Positions 1 through 9,960 of a stretch of DNA of 31,452 nucleotides are shown here, piece by piece (the stretch's first letter is position 1; each line of letters opens with the position of its first letter). The stretch covers positions 1 to 31,452 of the forward strand of contig DATLAX010000002.1 of NCBI GenBank assembly GCA_035527215.1, read 5' to 3'. Below the pieces are notes generated by a model. It saw only the letters and a program-made list of their open reading frames with translations, was not told where the DNA came from and made no database searches. The position numbers and the translations under genes are program-made. This stretch comes from Dehalococcoidia bacterium. Lineage in GTDB: Bacteria; Chloroflexota; Dehalococcoidia; DSTF01; JALHUB01.

Positions 1-1
1 C

Positions 2-889
2 CTGCTTGTGCTCGTGGCCCTGGCGCTAGTCGGCGTGGCCGCTTCCTGCGGCGCAAGCAGCAACGGAAGCGACGGCGGTGAGGTGCGCGTTGTGACCAGC
101 CTGCGGCTCTTCGCCGATTTCATTCAGCACGTCGGCGGCGACCGCGTGCAGGTCACAGCACTGGTGCCGGCGGACGCCGACCCCCATACTTACGAGCCGG
201 TGCCCTCGCAGGTGGCAAAGGTGGCCGATGCCGACCTGGTCGTCGTCAACGGACTTGGGCTGGAGCAGACGCTGCATGACCTCATCTACAACAACGTGGG
301 AGGCGACGTGCCGGTCGTCCAGATGTCTGATGGCCTTTCCACTCTGGCAGGGAACGCGCAGGAGGGCGAAACGGTCAACCCCCATGTGTGGCTGAACGTC
401 CAGAACGCAATGCACTACGTGGAAAGCGTGAGAGACGGCCTCATAGCAGTTGACCCGGCAGGCGCCGGCGTCTACCGCTCGAACGCTGCCTCCTACCTGG
501 CGGAACTGGACGCGCTCGACAAGGAGACCGCCGCCGCTATTCAAACGATACCGCCGGAGCGCCGCAAGCTGGTCACCTTCCATGACGCCTACTCCTACCT
601 GGGGCAGCGCTACGGGCTGGAGATCGTCGGTTTCGTGCTGGAATCGGAAGGGAGAGAGGCGAGCGCGAAGGACCTGGCCAACCTGGCCGACGAGATACGC
701 GCCCAGCACGTTCCAGCCGTGTTCGGCGAGCCGGAGTTCAACCCCCGGCTCTTGGAGACGGTCGCGGAGGAAGCGGGGGTCCAGGTGAGACAACTGCTCA
801 GCGATGCCTATACCGAGAACGTCCACTCCTATGTCGATCTCATGCGCTTCAACGCGCAGCAACTGGTGAAAGGGCTTGGTTTGCCATGA
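2..889 (+). CDS. Zn/Mn ABC transporter substrate-binding lipoprotein (cluster A-I, TroA/ZnuA-like), 5'-truncated by window edge
   Basis: Frame is open to the window start. Hydrophobic signal ends in lipobox VAASC. Motifs ADPHTYEP, VVVNGLGLE, NPHVWL, TFHDAYSYL and LLSDAY give a His/His/His/Asp metal site. The stop overlaps the next ATG (ATGA). Confidence 0.93.
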   Translation: MLVLVALALVGVAASCGASSNGSDGGEVRVVTSLRLFADFIQHVGGDRVQVTALVPADADPHTYEPVPSQVAKVADADLVVVNGLGLEQTLHDLIYNNVGGDVPVVQMSDGLSTLAGNAQEGETVNPHVWLNVQNAMHYVESVRDGLIAVDPAGAGVYRSNAASYLAELDALDKETAAAIQTIPPERRKLVTFHDAYSYLGQRYGLEIVGFVLESEGREASAKDLANLADEIRAQHVPAVFGEPEFNPRLLETVAEEAGVQVRQLLSDAYTENVHSYVDLMRFNAQQLVKGLGLP

Positions 890-1692
890 GGGTCTTTGGA
901 CAAAGGCGCGAGGAAAACGCTCCCCCGAACGGCGCCGCCGTCGTTGTGGAGGGCTTGTGGGCCGGCTACGGCGAGCGAGGAGCGCTCCAGGGCATGGACT
1001 TCGAGGCGTCGCCGGCGAGCATGGTAGCGCTGGTCGGTCCCAACGGCTCCGGCAAGTCGACGCTGATCAAGGTGATCCTCGGCACCCACGCGGCATGGCG
1101 TGGTCGGGTGCGCATCTTCGGCAAGGAGCCCGGGCGCGTGCGCCACCTCATCGGCTACACGCCGCAGACAGAGATGGTCGACTGGGACTTCCCGGTCACC
1201 GTGCGCGAGGTAGTCACGATGGGGCGATTCGGACGCCTTGGCCCACTGCGCTGGCCCGGGGCGGCCGACCGGCGCATCGTCGATAAGTGCCTGGAGCGGA
1301 TGCGCCTCGCCGACCTGGCGAAGCGACAGATCGGCGAGCTCTCCGGCGGACAGCAGCGACGAGTCCTCATCGCTCGGGCGCTGGCGCAGGAGCCGCAGCT
1401 GCTACTCCTCGACGAGCCCATGGCCGGCCTGGACGCGACGATCCAGCACGAGCTGCTGTCGCTGTTCGAGGAACTGCGCGACGAGGGCAAGACGCTGGTA
1501 ATGGCCACACATGACCTCTCCTGCGTGAACTGCTGCTTCGACCGCGTCCTATTGATGAACCGTCGCAAGATCGCCTACGGCGAGCCGGAGAAAGTGTTCA
1601 CCAAGGAACTGCTCGATCAGGTCTTCGAGAGCCACCTGATAACGTTGCCGGTCGAGGGGGCGTTCTATCTGGATCATCACGGCCATGAGTGA
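886..1692 (+). CDS. Zn/Mn ABC transporter ATP-binding subunit (ZnuC/TroB-like)
   Basis: Walker A GPNGSGKST, signature LSGGQQRRV, Walker B LLLLDEP, H-loop ATHD; family motif IGYTPQ...DWDFPVTVREVV; His-rich C-terminus DHHGHE. Confidence 0.95.
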   Translation: MRVFGQRREENAPPNGAAVVVEGLWAGYGERGALQGMDFEASPASMVALVGPNGSGKSTLIKVILGTHAAWRGRVRIFGKEPGRVRHLIGYTPQTEMVDWDFPVTVREVVTMGRFGRLGPLRWPGAADRRIVDKCLERMRLADLAKRQIGELSGGQQRRVLIARALAQEPQLLLLDEPMAGLDATIQHELLSLFEELRDEGKTLVMATHDLSCVNCCFDRVLLMNRRKIAYGEPEKVFTKELLDQVFESHLITLPVEGAFYLDHHGHE

Positions 1693-2590
1693 CATCTGGA
1701 CCTGGCTGTCGGAACCGTTCCAGTACGCCTTCATGCAGCGGGCGCTGCTCGCCGTGGCGATGGTGAGCGTCGTTAGCGCCGTCATCGGCGCGTTCATCGT
1801 TCTCAAGGGGATGGCGTTCATCGGCGACGCCCTGGCCCACGCGTCCTTCGCCGGCGTGGCGATTGCCTTTGTGCTCGGCGGCAGCATCTACCTCGGCGCC
1901 GTGATTGCGGCTATTGCGACGGCGATGGCCATCGGCTACGTGGGTCGCCGGGCGCGCCTGAGCCTGGACACGGCGATCGGCATCCTCTTCGTCGGCGCGT
2001 TCGCGCTGGGCATCGTCATCATCAGCCGGCAGAGCAACTACACTGTGGACCTGTTCAGCTTTGTCTTTGGAAACGTGCTCGGCGTGGGCCGGCGCGATCT
2101 GCTTATCATCGGAGCGATGTCCGCCACGGTCATCGCCGTCGTGGCGGCATTCTACAAGGAGTTGCTCTTCTTCTCCTACGACCCGGAGATGGCGGCGGCG
2201 TCCGGGATACCGGTGCGCCTGCTTCACTACGGACTCCTGACGTTGATAGCTGTTTCGGCGGTGGTAGCCCTCAAGGCGGTCGGTATCGTGCTTGTCGTGG
2301 CGATGCTCGTGACGCCTGCCGCGACGGCTGCCCTGCTGGTGCGACGCCTTCACCTGATAATGATCGGTGGCGCCTTGTGTGGCCTCGCGTCGTCGGTCAT
2401 CGGGCTGTATGTCTCCTATTACGCATCCGTTGCCACGGGCGCAGCGATAGTGCTGGTGGCGACTTCCCTCTTCATGCTGGCGCTCATCTTCTCGCCGCAA
2501 CGCGGCCTCCTGGCAGCCATGCGTCGCCCGGCCGAGTTCTACGAGATGGAAAGGCGGCCGGCGCCCTCTACGCCGCCGGACATCGTCTGA
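1685..2590 (+). CDS. Zn/Mn ABC transporter permease (ZnuB/ABC-3 family)
   Basis: FQYAFMQRALL, GMAFIGDALAHASFAG, LFSFVFGNVLG, SYDPEMAAASG, AVGIVLVVAMLVTPAATA; many TM helices; overlaps the ATPase gene by 8 nt. Confidence 0.95.
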   Translation: MSDIWTWLSEPFQYAFMQRALLAVAMVSVVSAVIGAFIVLKGMAFIGDALAHASFAGVAIAFVLGGSIYLGAVIAAIATAMAIGYVGRRARLSLDTAIGILFVGAFALGIVIISRQSNYTVDLFSFVFGNVLGVGRRDLLIIGAMSATVIAVVAAFYKELLFFSYDPEMAAASGIPVRLLHYGLLTLIAVSAVVALKAVGIVLVVAMLVTPAATAALLVRRLHLIMIGGALCGLASSVIGLYVSYYASVATGAAIVLVATSLFMLALIFSPQRGLLAAMRRPAEFYEMERRPAPSTPPDIV

Positions 2591-2630
2591 GCGGCGTCGC
2601 TCCCGCGCATTTCTACCATCCGCTTCACGA

Positions 2631-2639
2631 TGTTATACT
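2631..2639 (+). promoter_or_regulatory. Putative extended -10 promoter for the hydrolase-dsbA-VKOR genes
   Basis: TG-T-TATACT (TGn plus near-consensus -10) in the intergenic region; weak -35 (TTCTAC) at 17-nt spacing. Confidence 0.5.
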
Positions 2640-2704
2640 GAGACCCGTTCACGAACCCCGGCGACCTGCGCTGGGGAATCGTGTTCAAAGGGGGGCAATC
2701 GAGC

Positions 2705-3652
2705 GTGCCGTCGCGGAAGCGTCTTTTTCTCTTTGCCGCCGTTGGACTCGGCACCGTCTGGAGCTACTCCAAGCGGGCCGTGCGTCGCTGGGAGGACATC
2801 GATCTGGCGGCAACGACGAAGCTGGGCCGCGTCGTCGAAGTTGACGGCGTCCAGATCCACTATGTCGAGGCAGGGGAGGGTCCTCCGCTAGTCCTGTTGC
2901 ACGGCCTTAACGGCTCCACCTTCAGCTTTCGTCTTCTGATGCCCTATCTGGCCCCGCATTTTCGCACGATCGCCCTCGATCTTATGGGTTTCGGCTATTC
3001 CGGCAGACCGCAAGAACGCGACTACTCGCTGGGGGCGCAGGCCCGCCTCGTCGCCGGCTTTCTCGACGCCCTGGACATAGAGAAAGCGTCCGTCCTCGGT
3101 CACTCGCTGGGCGGCGCCGTGGCGATGCACCTGGCGCTGGAGTCGCCTGAGCGCGTTGAGCGGCTCATTCTCGTATCGAGCGCCAGCGACAGCGAGACGC
3201 GACGCGGACTGCGCAGCTCTCGACTCGTGCGGCCGCTGCTGCCTGTCGTCGCCGCGTTCACCGTGCAGAACCAGCGTTTCCGTCGCATGTCGTTGCGGAG
3301 CGCCTGCTACGACCCGTCATTCGTCACCGCTGACATGCTGGAGGGATACATGGCGCCGACGCGTGTCAGGGGACATCTGCGCGCCCTCGGTTCCCTGATG
3401 GTCGACCGCCGGAAGGACGTGCCGCTCGACCCGTCGGCGATTCGTCAGCCGGCGCTCATCCTCTGGGGCGACGCCGACCGCTGGCTGCCGGCGTCGCACG
3501 GTGAGAGGCTGCGCGCGCTGGTGCCCAATTCACGGATGGCTGTAATCGAAAACGCGGGACACCTGGTGTTGGAGGAGCGACCGGAAGACGCCGCGCGCGC
3601 CGTGACCGCCTTCCTCCAGGAAGAGAACGTCGATGGGCAGCCGGTGGCTTGA
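2705..3652 (+). CDS. Alpha/beta-fold hydrolase with N-terminal membrane anchor
   Basis: LVLLHG oxyanion motif, DLMGFGYS, nucleophile GHSLGG, acid WGDAD, His AGHLV. GTG at 2705 follows AAGGGGGG; GTG at 2681 is an alternative start. Substrate not assignable. Confidence 0.9.
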   Translation: MPSRKRLFLFAAVGLGTVWSYSKRAVRRWEDIDLAATTKLGRVVEVDGVQIHYVEAGEGPPLVLLHGLNGSTFSFRLLMPYLAPHFRTIALDLMGFGYSGRPQERDYSLGAQARLVAGFLDALDIEKASVLGHSLGGAVAMHLALESPERVERLILVSSASDSETRRGLRSSRLVRPLLPVVAAFTVQNQRFRRMSLRSACYDPSFVTADMLEGYMAPTRVRGHLRALGSLMVDRRKDVPLDPSAIRQPALILWGDADRWLPASHGERLRALVPNSRMAVIENAGHLVLEERPEDAARAVTAFLQEENVDGQPVA

Positions 3653-3697
3653 TCGTGTGATGGGCGGGCTGCACACTAGTTAGCCGGGAGACAGCGA

Positions 3698-4429
3698 ATG
3701 CAACCACGGAAGTCGAGAAAGAGGCGGACGTCGGCGCGTGGACCGCGACCGTGGCTCCCTGTGGCCATCGTTGGAACGGCTGCGATCCTCGCCGTCGTTC
3801 TGATCGTCGTCTTCAGCAATGTAGGCGGCTCGTCGAGTCCGGGGCCCAAGGCCACGCCCGGCCCGACGGTCGCGGCGCCGCAGCACGGCGTCTCCCTGGG
3901 GCAGGACGATGCCCCCCTCACCATGGCCGAGTACTTCAGCTTTCAGTGTTCTCACTGCGGTGACTTCGCTCTGCAAACGGCGCCACAGATCGAAAGGGAC
4001 TTCGTCGACACGGGCAAGCTCAGGATTGAGTTCCATGCGCTCGGCAACGAAGGGGACCTGCTGCTGGCGTCCGAGGCTGCCGCCTGCGCCGGAGAGCAGA
4101 ACCGCTACGTCGAGTACTACAGATACGTGTTCGCCAATCGCGAGCGCGGCTTCGGGAAGGGCACGTTTCAGGAGTATGCGCGTGACCTGAAGCTCGACGC
4201 CACGGCATTCAACGCCTGCCTGGACTCCAACGAATACGGCGCAGAGATAGTGAATGAAACCAACCGGGCGATCCAGTTGAACCTGGGTACCCCATCCTTC
4301 TTCCTGGGCAAGACAGCGTCAATGCAGAGCAAGAGCCTTCCCTACAGCGGCGAGACCGCGATAATGGGAGCGGAGCCGTACGACGCCTTCAAGAAAGCCA
4401 TTGAGGACGCGCTCACAGAGGTGCAATGA
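3698..4429 (+). CDS. dsbA: Membrane-anchored DsbA-family thiol-disulfide oxidoreductase
   Basis: Basic N-terminus plus TM helix; LGQDDAPLTMAEYFSFQCSHC (CxxC); cis-Pro loop GTPSF; overlaps the VKOR gene (ATGA). Confidence 0.9.
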   Translation: MQPRKSRKRRTSARGPRPWLPVAIVGTAAILAVVLIVVFSNVGGSSSPGPKATPGPTVAAPQHGVSLGQDDAPLTMAEYFSFQCSHCGDFALQTAPQIERDFVDTGKLRIEFHALGNEGDLLLASEAAACAGEQNRYVEYYRYVFANRERGFGKGTFQEYARDLKLDATAFNACLDSNEYGAEIVNETNRAIQLNLGTPSFFLGKTASMQSKSLPYSGETAIMGAEPYDAFKKAIEDALTEVQ

Positions 4430-4935
4430 GAGAGCCTGAAGCGGAGGCGGACGAAGACGCCGGCGTGTACCCCGAACGTTCCTCGCGCTTCGTGGCCGTC
4501 CTCGTGGGCGTCCTGTCGCTGGCAGGCGCCGGCGTGGCGGGCTATCTCACCTACGTTCACTGGTTCGACAAGTCGATTGTCTGCGCCGGCTTCGATAGCT
4601 GCGCCGAGGTGGCACAGAGCGACTACGCGTGGATGTTGGGTGTGCCGGTGGCCTTCCTCGGGCTGCTGGGGTACGTCGCGCTGGCCGCTGTCGCCGCCTT
4701 CTGGCTCCGCGTCGGCGACCGCTTCGACGTCTGGCCGCTGCTGGCGATCTGGGGGATGAGCGTCGCCGGTGTTGCCTACTCCGCCTACCTGACTTACGTG
4801 GAGTTGCACGTGATCGACGCCGTCTGCCTCTGGTGCATGACGTCCGCCGCCATAATGACGGCCGTCTTCCTGGTAGCGACGGCCGGACTGCTCACACTGG
4901 GACGGGACGCGGGGCTCTTCGCGGACGAGGCGTAG
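4426..4935 (+). CDS. Vitamin K epoxide reductase (VKOR) family protein, DsbA re-oxidant
   Basis: Loop cysteines CAGFDSCAEVAQSDYA, GVPVAFLG and active-site CLWC; several TM helices; coupled to dsbA. Confidence 0.93.
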   Translation: MREPEAEADEDAGVYPERSSRFVAVLVGVLSLAGAGVAGYLTYVHWFDKSIVCAGFDSCAEVAQSDYAWMLGVPVAFLGLLGYVALAAVAAFWLRVGDRFDVWPLLAIWGMSVAGVAYSAYLTYVELHVIDAVCLWCMTSAAIMTAVFLVATAGLLTLGRDAGLFADEA

Positions 4936-5499
4936 TCAGGCCGTCCCGCGCAGCCCCAGCTCGTCGGCGATCCCCTTCAGCGCCTGCGTCACCTGCGCTA
5001 TGTGCTCGTTGAGGTCGACGCCCATCCCTTCCGCGCCCTTGACGATGTCCTCGCGGTTCACGGCGCGGGCGAACGCCTTGTCCTTCATCTTCTTGCGCAC
5101 AGACGACGCCTCCACGTCGAGGATGCTCTTGCTCGGCCGCACCAGCGCCACGGCGATGACGAAGCCGGAGAGCTCGTCGACGGCGTAGAGAGTCTTCTCC
5201 ATCATCGAGTCGCGTGACAGGTTCAGGTGCTCGGCGTGGCTGAGCGCCGCGCGGATGATCTCCTCCGGCACGCCGCGCTCACGGAGTATCTTCGCGCCTT
5301 CCTGAGGATGCTTGTCGAGCGTGGGGTGTATCTCGTAGTCGAAGTCGTGCAGCAGGCCGACGACGGCCCACTTCTCCTCGTCCTCGCCGAACTTGCGGGC
5401 GTAGTGCCGCATCGCCGCCTCGACGGCAAGGCCGTGCTTGCGCAGGCTATCGCTCTTCGTGTACTCGCACAGCAGTTCCCAGGCTTCGTCTCGATTCAT
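4936..5499 (-). CDS. HDIG/HD-domain metal-dependent phosphohydrolase
   Basis: Start MNRDEAWELL at 5499 after SD GGAGAGG; KHGLAVEAAM, GLLHDFDYE, KTLYAVDELSGF, KKMKDKAFA motifs. Confidence 0.9.
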   Translation of the reverse strand: MNRDEAWELLCEYTKSDSLRKHGLAVEAAMRHYARKFGEDEEKWAVVGLLHDFDYEIHPTLDKHPQEGAKILRERGVPEEIIRAALSHAEHLNLSRDSMMEKTLYAVDELSGFVIAVALVRPSKSILDVEASSVRKKMKDKAFARAVNREDIVKGAEGMGVDLNEHIAQVTQALKGIADELGLRGTA

Positions 5500-5572
5500 G
5501 TTCCTCTCCCGGCTGCAAAATCGATATCTCTCCGCACTTCCTCGCGGTGATGAGACACCCAGGATCGGCAAC

Positions 5573-5647
5573 GTAGCGGAGGGCTTTAGCCCTCCACGTC
5601 CGCGTACCGGCAAGACATCGACGCGGAAGGCTAAAGCCTTCCTCTAC
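5573..5647. repeat. REPIN: inverted pair of GTAG-type REP palindromes
   Basis: GTAG-C-GGAGGGC-TTTA-GCCCTCC (5573-5595, +) faces GTAG-A-GGAAGGC-TTTA-GCCTTCC (5625-5647, -). The two stems differ by a compensated base pair. Confidence 0.8.
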
Positions 5648-5668
5648 ATTGTCGAAAAAGCGCCCTGC

Positions 5669-6169
5669 CTATCCCCGAAGCGCCTGGGCGATGTCCATCA
5701 TGTGCTGCGCCTCGTGGTCCCCGCACGAACCCCCGATCATCTCCAGCGCCGAAGACATCCCGCCCTCGAAGGGGTTCGGCATCTTCTTCGTCAGCACCTC
5801 GTCCGGCGTCGAGGCGATAAGCTCGACGCCCTGCTCGTGCCCCTTGCGGAACTCCGCCAGCAGGTCGAATATCGCCTTCTCTTTCCGTATCTCCACCTGC
5901 TGATTGTTGAAGGCGTCGACGTCGAACCCCGCGGGCATCCCACCGCCACCGCCGCTGCTCGACATCGCGCGCTGCGCCATGCCGATGAAGAACGCTGGCG
6001 AAGCGCCCATCGACGCCAGGTGCGCGAAGATGTCCTTGACCGTCCACTCGGGCCCTTCTGCCGAGTAAACCGGTTTCGCCAGGTCGGCGTCGGTCAGGCC
6101 GGCCGCCATCTTCTCGGCGCGCTGCACGTTCAGCATCAAGGACTCCGACACGTCTTGTTTGCTTACCAT
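5669..6169 (-). CDS. DinB/YfiT-like (MDMPI N-terminal-type) four-helix metalloprotein
   Basis: Start MVSKQDV at 6169 after SD GGAGG; WTVKDIFAHLA, DVDAFNNQQV and DHEAQH give the His pattern of the DinB superfamily. Confidence 0.75.
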   Translation of the reverse strand: MVSKQDVSESLMLNVQRAEKMAAGLTDADLAKPVYSAEGPEWTVKDIFAHLASMGASPAFFIGMAQRAMSSSGGGGGMPAGFDVDAFNNQQVEIRKEKAIFDLLAEFRKGHEQGVELIASTPDEVLTKKMPNPFEGGMSSALEMIGGSCGDHEAQHMMDIAQALRG

Positions 6170-6334
6170 GGTCAACCCCCTCCGCGGGAAAGCGATTACT
6201 CTCCGAACCGGTGTCACCCCGCTCCAAGTTGTGCGGCGGCGGAAGCGCGCTCCCCAGCTATGCGCCGGGGGCAATAGGAGGATAGCGGACGCCGTCGGCA
6301 GACGCAAACCGGAGGCAAGATGTGACCGGCAGAG

Positions 6335-6363
6335 TTGCATTTCGTGTACATTATCGCTATTAT
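6335..6363 (+). promoter_or_regulatory. Putative sigma70-type promoter for the secreted hydrolase gene
   Basis: TTGCAT-N17-TATTAT in an AT-richer patch about 165 nt upstream of the ATG at 6527. Confidence 0.55.
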
Positions 6364-6526
6364 CCGCCTAAATAGTGTGCATCTCTCCGTTGGGTTGAGG
6401 CGGTGGTGACGCGGTGACACACGGGAACGCCCGGCGCAGCGAAAGGAGGTGACACCGGAACAGCCTGGAACACGAGGAAACGTGACCAGAACCGGAAGGT
6501 CCTCATAGCACTCACATGGAGGTGAA

Positions 6527-7906
6527 ATGCGAAAGGGCATACTGGGGCTAATAGGTCTCGCAGTTCTCATAGGCACCCTGGCCTTCCTTCCCGGGAATAC
6601 CGCCAGTGCCGCATCCAGCGGTTTGTTGAACCCCAGCGCGAACGCCGCTGATACCGGCGGCGACAACAACGGCTTCGAAGTCAGTCCCACAGACGCCTAC
6701 GCCGACGCCGGCAGCTACGCGCAGAATGTCGACGGCGCTGCCGACCGCCACCGCTACTACAACTACGGCATCTCCATTCCCGGCGACGCCACTGTCACCG
6801 GCATCGAGGTGCGCCTCGACTGGTGGCTCGACTCAACGGCCGGCATGAGCAGCATGGATGTCGAACTGTCTTGGGACGGCGGAACAAGCTGGACGTCCTA
6901 CAAGAGTGATACCCAGGAGGGGAAGAAAGAGCACTCAGCGACGTTGGGAAGCTCCACGGACACATGGGGTCATGCCTGGACCGTCGGTCAACTGAGCGAT
7001 GCCAACTTCCGCGTCCGGCTGACGTGCAACTCCGACTCTTCCAGCCGGGACTTCCGTCTGGACTGGGTCCCCGTGAACGTGTACTACACAACAGGAGAGC
7101 CGGAGCCCACACCAACCCCGACACAGGGGTCAGTCGAAGACACGTACACGGCCCAGGGCCCGTGGGCGGTCAGCACGGGAACCGCCAACGACGGGCTGGG
7201 GAATGACTTCCACCTGTGGTACCCGACGAACCTCGGCGCCGGGGATTACCTGCATCCGATCCTCACCTGGGGCAACGGCACCAACGCCACACCCTCGCAA
7301 TACGCCGACACATTGGACCAGCTCGCGTCGTGGGGGTTCGTCGTCATAGCCTCGGACAGCGGGTCGGTCGGTGAGGGCTACGAGATGCTCGCGGGCGCGC
7401 AATACATGGTGGCCAAGGACAGCGACTCCGGAAGCATCTTCTACAACAAGCTTGCCACCGACAAAATCGGTGCGTTCGGTCATTCTCAGGGCGCCGGCGG
7501 TACTCTCAACGCCGTCCTCTTGTCCACGAGCCTGTTCAAGAGCGCCATCACGAACGCGCTGCCCAATCCCCTCTGGTGGTCCACGCCGGTTCCCGATATG
7601 ACCACCTGGCCGACGTCGGTACCGATCTGGTTCACCAGGGGTTCCAAGGACAGATTCATCGCAACTGAGTCCGCGGCAGTGACCTGGTACAACGCGGTGC
7701 CCGGCCCGGCGGCGAAGGCAACGCTGATAGGAGCCGACCACAACACGATCCAGACCGCCAACAACGGCTACCAGGGCTACTACGTCGCCTGGTTCAAATA
7801 CACTCTGGAGGGCGACAGCTTCGCGCGGGGCGCATTCGTGGGAAGCCCGCCCGAGCTCAACGCGAATAACGCGTGGGACAACCAGGCTGAGAAGAACCTG
7901 CCCTAG
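6527..7906 (+). CDS. Secreted modular alpha/beta hydrolase: signal peptide, uncharacterised beta-rich module, PT linker, P. mendocina cutinase/lipase-like catalytic domain
   Basis: Sec signal MRKGILGLIGLAVLIGTLAFLPGNTASA; linker EPEPTPTPT; HPILTWGNGT, LASWGFVVIA, GHSQG (S320), GSKD (D375), ADH (H405); SD GGAGGTGA. Confidence 0.88.
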   Translation: MRKGILGLIGLAVLIGTLAFLPGNTASAASSGLLNPSANAADTGGDNNGFEVSPTDAYADAGSYAQNVDGAADRHRYYNYGISIPGDATVTGIEVRLDWWLDSTAGMSSMDVELSWDGGTSWTSYKSDTQEGKKEHSATLGSSTDTWGHAWTVGQLSDANFRVRLTCNSDSSSRDFRLDWVPVNVYYTTGEPEPTPTPTQGSVEDTYTAQGPWAVSTGTANDGLGNDFHLWYPTNLGAGDYLHPILTWGNGTNATPSQYADTLDQLASWGFVVIASDSGSVGEGYEMLAGAQYMVAKDSDSGSIFYNKLATDKIGAFGHSQGAGGTLNAVLLSTSLFKSAITNALPNPLWWSTPVPDMTTWPTSVPIWFTRGSKDRFIATESAAVTWYNAVPGPAAKATLIGADHNTIQTANNGYQGYYVAWFKYTLEGDSFARGAFVGSPPELNANNAWDNQAEKNLP

Positions 7907-7951
7907 TTAGCTTGCACCAGACACCAATTACGGGTGCCGTTCTACCATGGC

Positions 7952-7982
7952 GAGGGCGTCGGGCAAAAAGCCCGGCGCCCTC
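7952..7982. terminator. Stem-loop between convergent genes (probable bidirectional terminator)
   Basis: GAGGGCGTCGGGC-AAAAA-GCCCGGCGCCCTC, a 13-bp stem with one G-U pair; only a short U-rich tail. Confidence 0.6.
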
Positions 7983-8012
7983 CGTTTGTGGCGTCGGCGT
8001 GATATCGAATGA

Positions 8013-9851
<1,839 letters not shown>

Positions 9852-9911
9852 CTTCCTCCTCATCCGTCGAAGACTGGTTCCGGCTTACAGCGATCGTAAT
9901 CGTGCGAAGAG

Positions 9912-9939
9912 CTTATAAGAGGATATCTAATCGCTTCAA
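9912..9939 (-). promoter_or_regulatory. Putative sigma70-type promoter of yitJ
   Basis: Minus strand TTGAAG-N16-TATAAG about 60 nt upstream of the start codon. Confidence 0.45.
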
Positions 9940-9960
9940 GACACGCAATTAGGGATGCGC

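Noticed and set aside
6290-6335. GACGCAAA resembling a c-di-GMP-I riboswitch fragment
   Set aside because: The GGCAAAC/GNRA P2 and tetraloop-receptor elements are missing, and the site lies upstream of the predicted promoter.
9852-9911. Possible SAM or SAH riboswitch upstream of yitJ
   Set aside because: The leader is only about 55 nt after the predicted promoter and lacks the SAM-I (CUUAUC...GAGGGA...GCAACC), SAM-II and SAH core motifs as I recall them; an Rfam scan would be decisive.
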